Positions 17,080 to 26,226 of a stretch of DNA of 32,000 bases are shown here, piece after piece. Source of the stretch: Candidatus Heimdallarchaeota archaeon (GTDB lineage Archaea > Asgardarchaeota > Heimdallarchaeia > Heimdallarchaeales > Heimdallarchaeaceae); contig DAOVER010000024.1 in assembly GCA_030668875.1 (NCBI GenBank), positions 1-32,000 of the forward strand, read 5' to 3'. Each line of letters opens with the position of its first letter. The stretch's first letter is position 1. The position numbers were made by a program, and so were the translations under genes. The notes under the pieces are model-generated. The model saw only the letters and a list, made by a program, of their open reading frames with translations. It had not been told where the DNA came from and made no database searches.

Positions 17080-20073
17080 TCACTTCCTTTTCTGATGATC
17101 AGGACAGAGTATCACTGTTTCTTCTTTGAAGAGACTCTTTTTAACTACTTCCTTTCCATGAGTACTACAAACTACTTTTCCGCATTGTGAACATTTCTGA
17201 ATATGATCATTACAGGAAAAATTTTCGCAGAATTCGCATTTCTCTGCATAATCAGTAGAAACAACACTTTTGCAGGATGAGCATACAACAGCATGATTTG
17301 TACAAATTATCTTTTTAGACAATGAACCTTCTATAGTATGATCTTGACATAAAACTTTTCCACAAACACTGCAAACATTAGGAGTGGAAACAAACAACAT
17401 TTTGGAAGATTTCTGTTCTAGACATATTTCACAAAGAAGATGAATTTCAGTGCCTAAAGCTGATTCAGCTATCCCTTTAAGTTGGAGTTTATTGCCTTTC
17501 TCATCTGCTATAGATATTTCTGCGAGGGATACAGGTATATAGATAATTGCGGCATAAATATCTTTAATTTCACTAGCTTTTGGAATGATAAAATCCTTTT
17601 TACTTAGAGTAAAATTACTGTCTTGTAGAAGCTTAACTCTTGGAAATGATTTAAGCTGAGTATCGATTGATTTGATTTTTTCAACCCCTTCCTCAATTTC
17701 CTTTATGTGGTTCTTAATTACTTCTGGACCAAACTTTATTGTTTCTAGAGCTTTATTGTAATCCCCTACCTCACTGTTGCTCTTAAATTTGTATTTGTCT
17801 GTCATCAAAGGTTTTAGAGCAACATAAATTCCCTTAGCTTGTTCAATTTGAGCATGGAATTTCTTCACTCTATTTCTCTTACTATCAATTACTTTGAAAA
17901 TCTCAGTTCTTTCATTTTGCAGTTCTTCTGCCCAGTGATCAATTTCAGCTTTATGTTCTTTTTCGATATTCACTAATCCTTCCTCAACAGATTTCGTCCA
18001 TGCTTGCCCATAGAAGGTTTCATCAACAAGCAACACATCATGAAAGGATTCCAATATTATTTCAGGAGTTCTTTGAATTTCTAACTTTCTGATATTTGAA
18101 GATGTAGCACCATATAAACTACCAAGATTTTTGAGAGGAAGAACTGAAATGAGCTCTTCGAAAACCTCCTCAGCTTGAATAGGTATTGATTTCTGCCCCC
18201 AGATTTCTTCATCTCCTCCAAACTCTATTTTATCAAGTAATGGGAATATTCTTTTGATCGGTAAATCAAGAGTTACTTCTCCCCAACGATCAGCATTTGC
18301 ATAATTTACTCGAATTCTTCGTTTAGCTTTGATTCTGAAATCCAGGTACAAGAATGGTATGTAAGCTAGCTCTAGGTTTTGAGTCCCCAGATAACTTAAT
18401 TTTTTGTTTCCGAAGAATTTTTCCAATAGTTCCTTAAATTCAACAGGTTCGTATTTCAGATACTGATCTTTCATTGTTTTTATTATGTTAGAAAGATCAA
18501 TTAGTTCCACTTCTGGTTCTTTCTCAATGACTTCATGGAAATCATCCTTTGTTTCTGTAGGTAAGGTTTCTAGTCCTTCGGGTTGAGTTTCTGATTCTGA
18601 ATCAGAAGTCTCCGTTTTATCGATTCCTGCTTGTTTATCTAAGAGACTTGTTCTGCTAGAAAACTTTCTTATTGAAGCTAATTCTTTCTCTAAATCATCT
18701 AAACTAAGTTCCTTTGAGATATCCTCTAAATCCATAGAATCGATATCGTGATCATAAGCGCCGATTTGCTTACATAATGTTGGTGGAGGAAAATCATACA
18801 TTTTAGCGACGTCTTCATCTGATAGAGTTTTGTGGACTGAATAGAGTCTGCGAGTGCTTATGTGAACTGGATCAGGGAAGACATCAGGTGAAAGAATGTA
18901 AAATTCACCACTTTTGAATTGTTGTAACTGGTCAACAATGAACCGTGCTTCTGGTTGAGATTGAAGCATGTTATCAACGATTCTGAGATCTTGAGGAGTA
19001 ACAAAACGACCAAAGAAGAAAGTACTCACTTGTCCAAAAGCCTTGTAATCGACATCACTGATATTTTGCGTTGCAACAAGCATTGACAAACCAAATTTAC
19101 GTCCTTGTTTGAATAGTAATTGCAACCATTGTTTCGTTACAGGATTTTTCGGATGAGGGGGTATGAGTTGTGGTGGTCCTGCTAATTCATCTATATAGAA
19201 AATCAATTGAGGATCGGGTGAAGGGTTAGATCTGATGTATGTATAGAGGCTCTGAGCCAAAGTTGTTATGTAAATTTCTCTTAGTCTTAAATTTGTCAAA
19301 GTATTCAGGTAAATTATAGAAATTCTGACTTTGTTAGGATCTGTTGGTGTTATTAGAGTCTGAATTGAGAGTTTTGGCCCTAGATTGAATACTAATGAAG
19401 GTGCTCCAACATTGATAGATTTTATTCTTTTAATCAACGAATCTTTTTCTCTTTGTGAAAGCAGTGTTCGTATATTTTCTGGTAAGTAAGCAACTTCTGT
19501 TTTTATTAAATCAATCAACATCTCAAAATCTGCTATCAGAATATCTTTGAGTAGACACTGTTCAAAAAGCGACACCAAATAAGCTTTAATTGCTCCTCCT
19601 CTTTCAGAATTTAGTTTATAACCCAAAACATTGGCAATGGTTGTTGCTATTCCATCGATAGCAAGAATCTTTTCTTCTCTGTCTAACTCTTGAGGAGGCA
19701 TGATTAGTGGGTTTATAGAAAGAGGTATTCCTTTCTCTGATGCTGGAGTGAAAACAACAATCTCAACCTTATCTTTATACTGTTCAAAAAACTCTTTAGA
19801 GATACCATAAGGCTTCAACTTATCATGTTCCTCAACAATAACAAGACTAGTTATATCCCCTTGTGGATCAATGATAATTGCTGGGATATTATTCCTTACA
19901 GCTTCTTCGATGAGAATCTTACAAACGACAGTTTTTCCTGAACCACTCTGACCAAAAACACTGATGTGTTTGCTCAAAGCTTTAACAGGTAAATAAACAT
20001 CTTCCTGTGTGGAAAATTCTTTTCCAATATGCATTGATGGGTTCTGAGCATTTTTCTCTGGCATCTTCTTCAA
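17080..20073 (-). CDS. HerA/FtsK-superfamily ATPase (DUF87/DUF853-like) with coiled-coil region and Cys/His-rich zinc-finger tail
   Basis: KHISVFGQSGSGKT, IIDPQGD, FYIDE, KQGRKFGLSMLVATQN, DYK, FGR. C-terminal 117 aa hold 15 Cys. TTG start at 20073; alternative ATG at 20064. Confidence 0.85.
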   Translation of the reverse strand: MKKMPEKNAQNPSMHIGKEFSTQEDVYLPVKALSKHISVFGQSGSGKTVVCKILIEEAVRNNIPAIIIDPQGDITSLVIVEEHDKLKPYGISKEFFEQYKDKVEIVVFTPASEKGIPLSINPLIMPPQELDREEKILAIDGIATTIANVLGYKLNSERGGAIKAYLVSLFEQCLLKDILIADFEMLIDLIKTEVAYLPENIRTLLSQREKDSLIKRIKSINVGAPSLVFNLGPKLSIQTLITPTDPNKVRISIIYLNTLTNLRLREIYITTLAQSLYTYIRSNPSPDPQLIFYIDELAGPPQLIPPHPKNPVTKQWLQLLFKQGRKFGLSMLVATQNISDVDYKAFGQVSTFFFGRFVTPQDLRIVDNMLQSQPEARFIVDQLQQFKSGEFYILSPDVFPDPVHISTRRLYSVHKTLSDEDVAKMYDFPPPTLCKQIGAYDHDIDSMDLEDISKELSLDDLEKELASIRKFSSRTSLLDKQAGIDKTETSDSESETQPEGLETLPTETKDDFHEVIEKEPEVELIDLSNIIKTMKDQYLKYEPVEFKELLEKFFGNKKLSYLGTQNLELAYIPFLYLDFRIKAKRRIRVNYANADRWGEVTLDLPIKRIFPLLDKIEFGGDEEIWGQKSIPIQAEEVFEELISVLPLKNLGSLYGATSSNIRKLEIQRTPEIILESFHDVLLVDETFYGQAWTKSVEEGLVNIEKEHKAEIDHWAEELQNERTEIFKVIDSKRNRVKKFHAQIEQAKGIYVALKPLMTDKYKFKSNSEVGDYNKALETIKFGPEVIKNHIKEIEEGVEKIKSIDTQLKSFPRVKLLQDSNFTLSKKDFIIPKASEIKDIYAAIIYIPVSLAEISIADEKGNKLQLKGIAESALGTEIHLLCEICLEQKSSKMLFVSTPNVCSVCGKVLCQDHTIEGSLSKKIICTNHAVVCSSCKSVVSTDYAEKCEFCENFSCNDHIQKCSQCGKVVCSTHGKEVVKKSLFKEETVILCPDHQKRK

Positions 20074-20149
20074 TTAAAAAGAATAATCAATGTATAAAAA
20101 CTATTTTAAATGAAATGAAATAGAAAAAAAGAAGAGTTGTAAACTCTTT

Positions 20150-20506
20150 CTACAAACCAGCAATTAAGAATAGTATTCCACCAATTATAACTAATAGTCC
20201 ACCGATTCCGCTTCCTACAATACCAAGCACAATTAGTAGGATACCCAAAATTATCCAATCTAATCCGAATCTTCCAAGTGCCAAGAGAATAGAAATAACA
20301 CCGATTGCAATCAATATTATACCTATGACCAGAGCTTCTAATCCTCCACCAAGTTCACTAACCCAATTAGCTTTATTAAAAATATCAACAATACCACCTA
20401 AGGCTTCTCCAAGTATTGTTAATACTCCTACTGCAACTTCAATTGCTCCTCCTAGAACTGCTAGAATGGAACCTACATGTGAAAGTGATTTATTTCGCTT
20501 TGCCAT
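20150..20506 (-). CDS. Small Gly-rich multi-TM membrane protein
   Basis: 118 aa, almost entirely hydrophobic GxxxG-type helices. Confidence 0.75.
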   Translation of the reverse strand: MAKRNKSLSHVGSILAVLGGAIEVAVGVLTILGEALGGIVDIFNKANWVSELGGGLEALVIGIILIAIGVISILLALGRFGLDWIILGILLIVLGIVGSGIGGLLVIIGGILFLIAGL

Positions 20507-20573
20507 GTTAGTGGGAACTAGTTTTATTATTTAAATTTTTAGGAAAAAGATATTTGTTTTTAATGAAAACATA

Positions 20574-20936
20574 TCAACGATTTCTTGTTGAAGCAACAAT
20601 ATAGATGCTTCCCCCAATAATGATTATCACGCCTGGAATACCTAATCCTATAATTCCAACTAGAATAACTAATATTCCTCCTAGCAGGATTCGCTTTTCC
20701 CAACTCACGAGAATTATTGCCGATGCACCAAGTGCTATACAAATAACTGTTAAGATTAAAGGGTGCAGTTCAGTAATATAAAAAGGTGTCCCAATAATCA
20801 GTCCAATAGCAAAACTAGGTAGGTCAACAGTCATAAAATGGTATATGATTAGAACGATACCACCGATGATAAAGAGTATACCACCACCAATTGAAATCCC
20901 TTGACTAATTCTAATATACCCTTGTTTAGTCACCAT
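20574..20936 (-). CDS. Small Gly-rich multi-TM membrane protein, probable tandem paralog of 20150-20506
   Basis: C-terminal LLGGILVILVGIIGLGIPGVIIIIGGSIYIVAS parallels ILGILLIVLGIVGSGIGGLLVIIGGILFLIAG. Confidence 0.75.
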   Translation of the reverse strand: MVTKQGYIRISQGISIGGGILFIIGGIVLIIYHFMTVDLPSFAIGLIIGTPFYITELHPLILTVICIALGASAIILVSWEKRILLGGILVILVGIIGLGIPGVIIIIGGSIYIVASTRNR

Positions 20937-20980
20937 TGTATTTCATTATTGATAATCCCTTTTAAGATTATGGGGAGAGT

Positions 20981-21811
20981 CTACTTAAAGGTAGCTCTTG
21001 CAGATATTATATGTGGACTTACTCCTTTTTGGAATCGTACTATAACAACATTGTTTCTGGAAGAATTTTTACCATGAATGCGTGATATTGTACCAGTTAA
21101 TTGCTTACCTGATTTAACATAATTTATGCTTACCTTTCTTCCTAAATAACTGCTAATTGGCAATTCAATATCATGAAGATGTAAAATTACAGATCTATTA
21201 GTTGATTTACCTGATGCATCATGAAGCACAGAATGGACAATTCCATATGTCTTAGACAAAGTAACTTTCTTCTTAGCTTTTGCTTTCTTTTTAGAAGTTT
21301 TAGATTTTATCTTTCGCATAGCTTTTGCTCTTTCAATATACTTTACAGTAGCTGGCGAAACACCTTTCTTCACGGCAATAGTTGCTTTGGGTTTGACTAC
21401 AGGTTTCTTTGTTTCAGATTTTACTGCGGGTTTTTTAACAACGGTTTTCTTTGCTGGAGTTTTAGCGGCTAGTTCAGGTTTTTTAACAGATGGTCGCACG
21501 GATGTTTTCTCTACTTCTTTCTTCAAAGTGGGAGGTTTAGGTATTGTTGCTTTATCTACTGTTTTTACTTTGGATTTAACTTCAGTTTTCTTTGCGGGTG
21601 CTTTAGCAACAGGTTTTTTAGCTGGAGTTAATACTTCGTTTGCACCTAGAATCATTTTTTCAGCAGTTGATTTTCCTATACCAGGTAATTGTGATAACTC
21701 GTCTGCTGAAGCTTTGGCTAGTTTTTCAACTGTGTTGAAACCACAATCTACAAGAGTTTTAGCTGCTTTGGGTCCAATTCCTTTAATATTCTCTATTTCG
21801 TTAATTGCCAT
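20981..21811 (-). CDS. rpl35ae: Tandem HhH domain + Lys/Pro/Ala-rich linker + divergent ribosomal protein eL33 (L35Ae)-like domain
   Basis: IKGIGPKAA...LPGIGKSTAEK HhH pair. C-terminal YLGRKV..SGKQLTGTISRIHG...VVIVRFQKGV matches eL33 (LIGKKV..SGK.I.GKI.R.HG..GVV.ARF.KGL). The symbol refers to the C-terminal domain only; this may be a paralog. Confidence 0.7.
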   Translation of the reverse strand: MAINEIENIKGIGPKAAKTLVDCGFNTVEKLAKASADELSQLPGIGKSTAEKMILGANEVLTPAKKPVAKAPAKKTEVKSKVKTVDKATIPKPPTLKKEVEKTSVRPSVKKPELAAKTPAKKTVVKKPAVKSETKKPVVKPKATIAVKKGVSPATVKYIERAKAMRKIKSKTSKKKAKAKKKVTLSKTYGIVHSVLHDASGKSTNRSVILHLHDIELPISSYLGRKVSINYVKSGKQLTGTISRIHGKNSSRNNVVIVRFQKGVSPHIISARATFK

Positions 21812-21974
21812 TATATAACCCTTCTGAATGTCAAAATTGAGAAGATTCTTTTTAAAAATCTTTAGATTGTAATGTTTTTGTCTTTTGAATGTGTTTCAGA
21901 AAAATGTGAAAACTTTTATCTTGTAGATTAATATATGTCTCAAGAGTAATTCGAATTTAAAGAAGTGATATTAC

Positions 21975-22607
21975 TTGTCAAAAAAGATAATATTGACCGG
22001 TTTCGAGCCTTTCGGAGGATCAAATGTTAATCCCTCAACATTAGCTTGTCAAGTTCTCGATAAGAAGACAATAGAAGGATATGAAGTAAAAGCAATTGAG
22101 ATTCCATTGCGCTATAAAGAAATAAAGCAGACTATTGAGAGTATTTTGATTAAAGAAAAACCGGAAATACTGATATGTACTGGTCAATCCACAAGATCAG
22201 TTATTTCCTTAGAAAGGATTGCAATAAATATAGCTAGTTTAGAAAAATCTGCATATGGTTGTGGGACAAAACCAAAGGATGAAATTTTAGAAACTAATGG
22301 TAGAGAAGGGTATTTCTCCACTTTACCAATCAGAAAAATCAAGGATTATCTAGAAGAAAATATGATACCATGTGAAATATCGAATTCTGCAGGCACTTTT
22401 GGATGTAATCAGATTTTCTACCATTTAATGCACTTTATAAATAACAATGAGATTAACATTCCCGCTGGATTTATTCATGTTCCTTCACTCCCTGAGCAGG
22501 TTATTGGTAAAAATATCCCTTCAATGACATTGGAATTGATAATCCAAGCTTTAAAAATGTCACTAATAACAATTATCAAGCATCTACATGAGGAGAGTGC
22601 AGAATGA
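21975..22607 (+). CDS. pcp: Pyroglutamyl-peptidase I (C15)
   Basis: LTGFEPFGG..VNPS, LERIAIN, SAGTFGCN, GFIHVP (Glu-Cys-His triad); TTG start. Confidence 0.95.
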   Translation: MSKKIILTGFEPFGGSNVNPSTLACQVLDKKTIEGYEVKAIEIPLRYKEIKQTIESILIKEKPEILICTGQSTRSVISLERIAINIASLEKSAYGCGTKPKDEILETNGREGYFSTLPIRKIKDYLEENMIPCEISNSAGTFGCNQIFYHLMHFINNNEINIPAGFIHVPSLPEQVIGKNIPSMTLELIIQALKMSLITIIKHLHEESAE

Positions 22608-23047
22608 AGAAGTTTCAGTTCTTAGCCTTGAAATCAGAAGAATTTTTTGATATGATAGAGAAGATTTCCCGAGAAAGAGATTTATTAAAACAAAGAAAAA
22701 GAACTGATAATGTACTGAAAATAGTTTGTTTCATTGTTATTCCAGCATCTATTATCACATTCAATGTAAAAGAAGAAAATAATCACTTAACTGTTTCTAG
22801 ATCAATCAGTTTTTTACCAGTATTGCTTTTATCCATACCTATTCTAGCAGCACTTGAAGCAATAGTTTATGGTATTTTATTTCTTATTGACTATTTCAGT
22901 AGCGTTACTTTCATTCTTGTTGAATATTTCAGTAACGTTACTTTCATTCTTGTAGGTGGTTGGATTATGGCAGTTATGTTTCTAATCTACCAAACATATG
23001 TTGAAGTAGACGAAATAAACAAGAAATTATACAGAGTCAAGGTATAG
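22604..23047 (+). CDS. Hypothetical membrane protein with internal 11-aa duplication
   Basis: ATGA overlap with the pcp stop; hydrophobic C-terminal half. Confidence 0.65.
   Translation: MKKFQFLALKSEEFFDMIEKISRERDLLKQRKRTDNVLKIVCFIVIPASIITFNVKEENNHLTVSRSISFLPVLLLSIPILAALEAIVYGILFLIDYFSSVTFILVEYFSNVTFILVGGWIMAVMFLIYQTYVEVDEINKKLYRVKV
22888..22953 (+). repeat. Tandem 33-bp duplication (2 copies, 31/33 identical)
   Basis: TGACTATTTCAGTAGCGTTACTTTCATTCTTGT followed by TGAATATTTCAGTAACGTTACTTTCATTCTTGT. Confidence 0.95.
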
Positions 23048-23051
23048 AACC

Positions 23052-23909
23052 ATGAAAATAGATCTACATTGCCATTCAAGTTATTCAGATGGAATATTTT
23101 CTCCTCAACAACTGCTAGAAATGGCAGATAAGGAGAGACTCACCATTTTTTCTATAACAGATCATGATTCAGTTAAGGGAACCGCAATTGCAAATAGGGA
23201 GGCAGTAAACTATTCCTTTTCATACATTACAGGAATTGAAATTTCCGCTAGATATAAACAAGAAAAAATAGAAATCCTTGGTTATAATTTTAACGCTGAT
23301 AATCCAGCTTTTAAACAAAGTTTAGTGAAACTACAAAATGCTAGAAGGGACAGGATATACAAAATACTTGTAATACTTCAAGAAATTGGGATAAACATAT
23401 CTTACGATGATGTTATCAAAGAAGTTGGTGATGCTTCTAGTCCTGGAAGACCACATTTTGCTAGAGCGCTGAAAACAAAAGGGCATGTGAGTTCTGTTAA
23501 AGAAGCTTTTAATGAATATCTAGCGGAGGGACGTCCAGCTTACGTACCTAGACTCACCATAGAACCAAAAGAAGCCATTAATCGAATTAGTAAGGCAAAT
23601 GGGATAGCTGTTCTTCCCCACCCATTATTCGTTGAGAAACATGATATGGGGAGAATGGAAAAATTGTTAGATCTGCTTGTTTCATGGGGGATGAAGGGAA
23701 TTGAAGTGTATTATAATTATGAATATGCTTTCTCGAATTTTTCTGCAAAGAGAATTCAAGAAGTTACAAAGTTTCTTTTGGGTTATTGTAAGCAAAATGA
23801 TTTATTGGTAACTGGTGGAAGTGATTTCCATGGTGATAAGGGGGTGCTTGGTGGAGTGTATGTGCCAAAAGAATATATTTTACAAATACAATCATTTTTC
23901 AATTTGTAG
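23052..23909 (+). CDS. PHP-domain phosphoesterase (YciV/TrpH-like)
   Basis: DLHCHSSYSDG, ITDHD, GIEIS, GRPHFA, LPHP, TGGSDFHG. Confidence 0.92.
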   Translation: MKIDLHCHSSYSDGIFSPQQLLEMADKERLTIFSITDHDSVKGTAIANREAVNYSFSYITGIEISARYKQEKIEILGYNFNADNPAFKQSLVKLQNARRDRIYKILVILQEIGINISYDDVIKEVGDASSPGRPHFARALKTKGHVSSVKEAFNEYLAEGRPAYVPRLTIEPKEAINRISKANGIAVLPHPLFVEKHDMGRMEKLLDLLVSWGMKGIEVYYNYEYAFSNFSAKRIQEVTKFLLGYCKQNDLLVTGGSDFHGDKGVLGGVYVPKEYILQIQSFFNL

Positions 23910-24714
23910 AATCGAGAACTTTAATCAATAATTCAGGATTGTCAGTAAAGATTCCATCAACTTTCCATGCTAATAAGGAAAGCATAATTTCCTTATCATT
24001 TATTGTCCAGGGATGCACTGCAATATTGTTTCGATGAGCCTTATTTATAGAACTGGCAGTTACAATTTTAATAGAAGAACGTGTCATAGGAACCTGTAAT
24101 GCACAGTAATCCTTCTTTGAGAACATCCAAAAATTGGAAACAAAAGTTCGAACCTCTTTTGGATTTGCACTTGTTGGTATTTCAAGATGTTTGCTAATTT
24201 CTCTAAATCTAAGAATTTGTTTATTGTGGAATGAACCAACTAAAACTCTGTGTTCAGCTCCACTTTCCTTTATTGTTTCAAATATCATTGAGGAAGCTTT
24301 CTTAAAATCATCTTTGATATCCAGATTAATTTTCACCTTTGGAAATTTTTCAAATAATGTGTAAAGAGGTAAGATTTGCAACCCTCTATTTCTGAAGGGA
24401 TAATCCTCTTTCTCTTTATTTAAGTACCAATAGCCAAGATCAAATTCTATAAGCTCATCCAGATTAAAGTCTGAGATTCTTCCTTTGCCACTAGTAGTTC
24501 TATCTAAAGTTTCATCGTGAAATATAACAGGAATGTTATCTTTAGTGATTCTAATATCTGTTTCCAAAACGTCAACGTTTAAGGCATAAGCCTCTTCAAA
24601 CGCTAATAAGGAGCTTTCTGGTGTGAAAGCACTTCTTCCACGATGAGCCATTACCAGAGGTCGGTTACCTTTAATGAAAGGAATTTCTGATATCTTCCAA
24701 ATGGGTTGAAACAT
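23899..24714 (-). CDS. Glycerophosphodiester phosphodiesterase (GDPD family)
   Basis: MAHRG, LETD, FHD.TLDRTT, NLDIK, VHPWTIND, GIFTDNP; GGTGA Shine-Dalgarno. Confidence 0.93.
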   Translation of the reverse strand: MFQPIWKISEIPFIKGNRPLVMAHRGRSAFTPESSLLAFEEAYALNVDVLETDIRITKDNIPVIFHDETLDRTTSGKGRISDFNLDELIEFDLGYWYLNKEKEDYPFRNRGLQILPLYTLFEKFPKVKINLDIKDDFKKASSMIFETIKESGAEHRVLVGSFHNKQILRFREISKHLEIPTSANPKEVRTFVSNFWMFSKKDYCALQVPMTRSSIKIVTASSINKAHRNNIAVHPWTINDKEIMLSLLAWKVDGIFTDNPELLIKVLDSTN

Positions 24715-24729
24715 TATCTCACCTTTGCA

Positions 24730-26151
24730 TTATTTATTCAATCGATCCAGAATCTCATTCATTAACATAAGGAGTTTTTCCATTGTATTCTTACCGATGT
24801 CTATTGATTTTCCAGGTTCATGGAATAGAAGATTACGCTTAAACCTTATTTCATGTAAAAGAGTAACCTCATCTTTTGTTAACATTTTATTCTTTTCTAA
24901 AATGTCAATCAGTTTTAAGAAGTTAATTTCATCGTCTTCAACATCTGTCTTTATACTTGACAATGAACGTCTAAAAATTGTTTCAAGACTTCTGTAGATT
25001 AGAAGAAAAGATAAGGTTTGTTCTTCACTTCTGATTTTATCCCATTTTACAATTTTTTCTTTAATATAATCTATATCAGCTTTAATTGCTTGCTCTTCAT
25101 CTGAAGTAAGAATTTGGCTTGATATTAAATGAGCTAATGGATCATACATGAATTGCTTTTCTATTTTCTCTTTTGTTGCTTTAGGAATATGAATTTCCTC
25201 TAAAACCTCTTTATATAACTTCCATGCAATAGATTTTGCCATTTCATCTCGAGAATACCAGGAAATTGTCTCAACAAGTTTTGTAAAAAGAAGCTGTTTC
25301 TTAGCTTCATCAATAATCCCAAAAAGCTCTCTTTGTGTTCTTCGCACAAATAGATTGCTGATTGGGAATTCAGCAATTGCTAATATTTGTAAAATTCTTT
25401 TTTCTCTTTCCTCCTCTGGTTCAAAATAGATTATTGGAAGAACTCGAGGAATTAATGAACACAGGTTCCTTGAGGAAGCATACAAGAGATATAAGCTAAA
25501 TCCTAGTAGAATTCCAAATACACTTGCAAAGATAATCACATTTGTTAGATTTGATATCTGATCAAGTTCAATGAAATCCAGTTTAATAATAGTAAATCTC
25601 ATAATTATTACAAGAATAAAATTAAGTAAGAGTAAGCTTGATGATACGAAGCTAAAAAGAAATAAAGACTCATTATATGTTAGTAATTTTTCATTTCTTG
25701 TAGTGTGTGATCGATCTATGAAATTTTGACTATACTGACTTTGCGCTTCCTTGGTTAAGTCTGGTATTAAGTCATGTTTTATCTTTCTTTCCAAGAGCTC
25801 TTGTTCATCTTTTTTTAATTTTATCTCCATAGAAATAAGTGGGACTGCTTTCTCTTGAAATCTAAATTTTCTTGGTTTTAAGAAAATTTTGTCGTAATTC
25901 AAAGTAAGATTTCGAGTTATATGCTTCTTCACTCCACCTATTTGGAAAAGTAATCTTGGTGTTAACAAATATAGAAAAAGAATTGGGATAACTAAAAATG
26001 TATAGAAAAGAATTGCTGAAAACTGAAAATCACCTGTTCTAAGTCCAGTGTACACAATATAGACTAAAAGTTCTAGTAACAAAGGCAAAATTAATCCAAA
26101 ACCCACTCTGATAAGTAGGGGAACTATACTTGAATTCGACCTAGTACTCAT
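24730..26151 (-). CDS. 4-TM membrane protein with C-terminal HEPN-like domain (RNLLFH)
   Basis: Four hydrophobic helices in the N-terminal half. C-terminal YRSLETIFR...LHEIRFKRNLLFH carries an Rx4H motif at 24820-24837. Start set at ATG 26151. Confidence 0.7.
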   Translation of the reverse strand: MSTRSNSSIVPLLIRVGFGLILPLLLELLVYIVYTGLRTGDFQFSAILFYTFLVIPILFLYLLTPRLLFQIGGVKKHITRNLTLNYDKIFLKPRKFRFQEKAVPLISMEIKLKKDEQELLERKIKHDLIPDLTKEAQSQYSQNFIDRSHTTRNEKLLTYNESLFLFSFVSSSLLLLNFILVIIMRFTIIKLDFIELDQISNLTNVIIFASVFGILLGFSLYLLYASSRNLCSLIPRVLPIIYFEPEEEREKRILQILAIAEFPISNLFVRRTQRELFGIIDEAKKQLLFTKLVETISWYSRDEMAKSIAWKLYKEVLEEIHIPKATKEKIEKQFMYDPLAHLISSQILTSDEEQAIKADIDYIKEKIVKWDKIRSEEQTLSFLLIYRSLETIFRRSLSSIKTDVEDDEINFLKLIDILEKNKMLTKDEVTLLHEIRFKRNLLFHEPGKSIDIGKNTMEKLLMLMNEILDRLNK

Positions 26152-26226
26152 TATTATTAAAAACAGTTCTTCATTTAAATGTATGATGGTTAGAAGCAAT
26201 TATCTTAAGATTTCTTCTATAATGTA

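Noticed and set aside
17080-20073. Canonical herA of the herA-nurA-mre11-rad50 operon, or a Sir2-HerA defence system
   Set aside because: None of the partner genes is nearby, and the motif pattern (DPQGD, PP..NP..K, TQN..D.DYK) fits the separate DUF87/DUF853-like group.
21387-21818. 143-aa plus-strand ORF
   Set aside because: Antisense shadow of the Lys/Pro/Ala low-complexity linker (repeated GFL/TGF from AAA/CCT codons).
2163-24997. Remaining 60-96 aa ORFs nested in or antisense to larger genes
   Set aside because: No recognisable motifs or independent start signals; expected by chance opposite AT-rich coding sequence.
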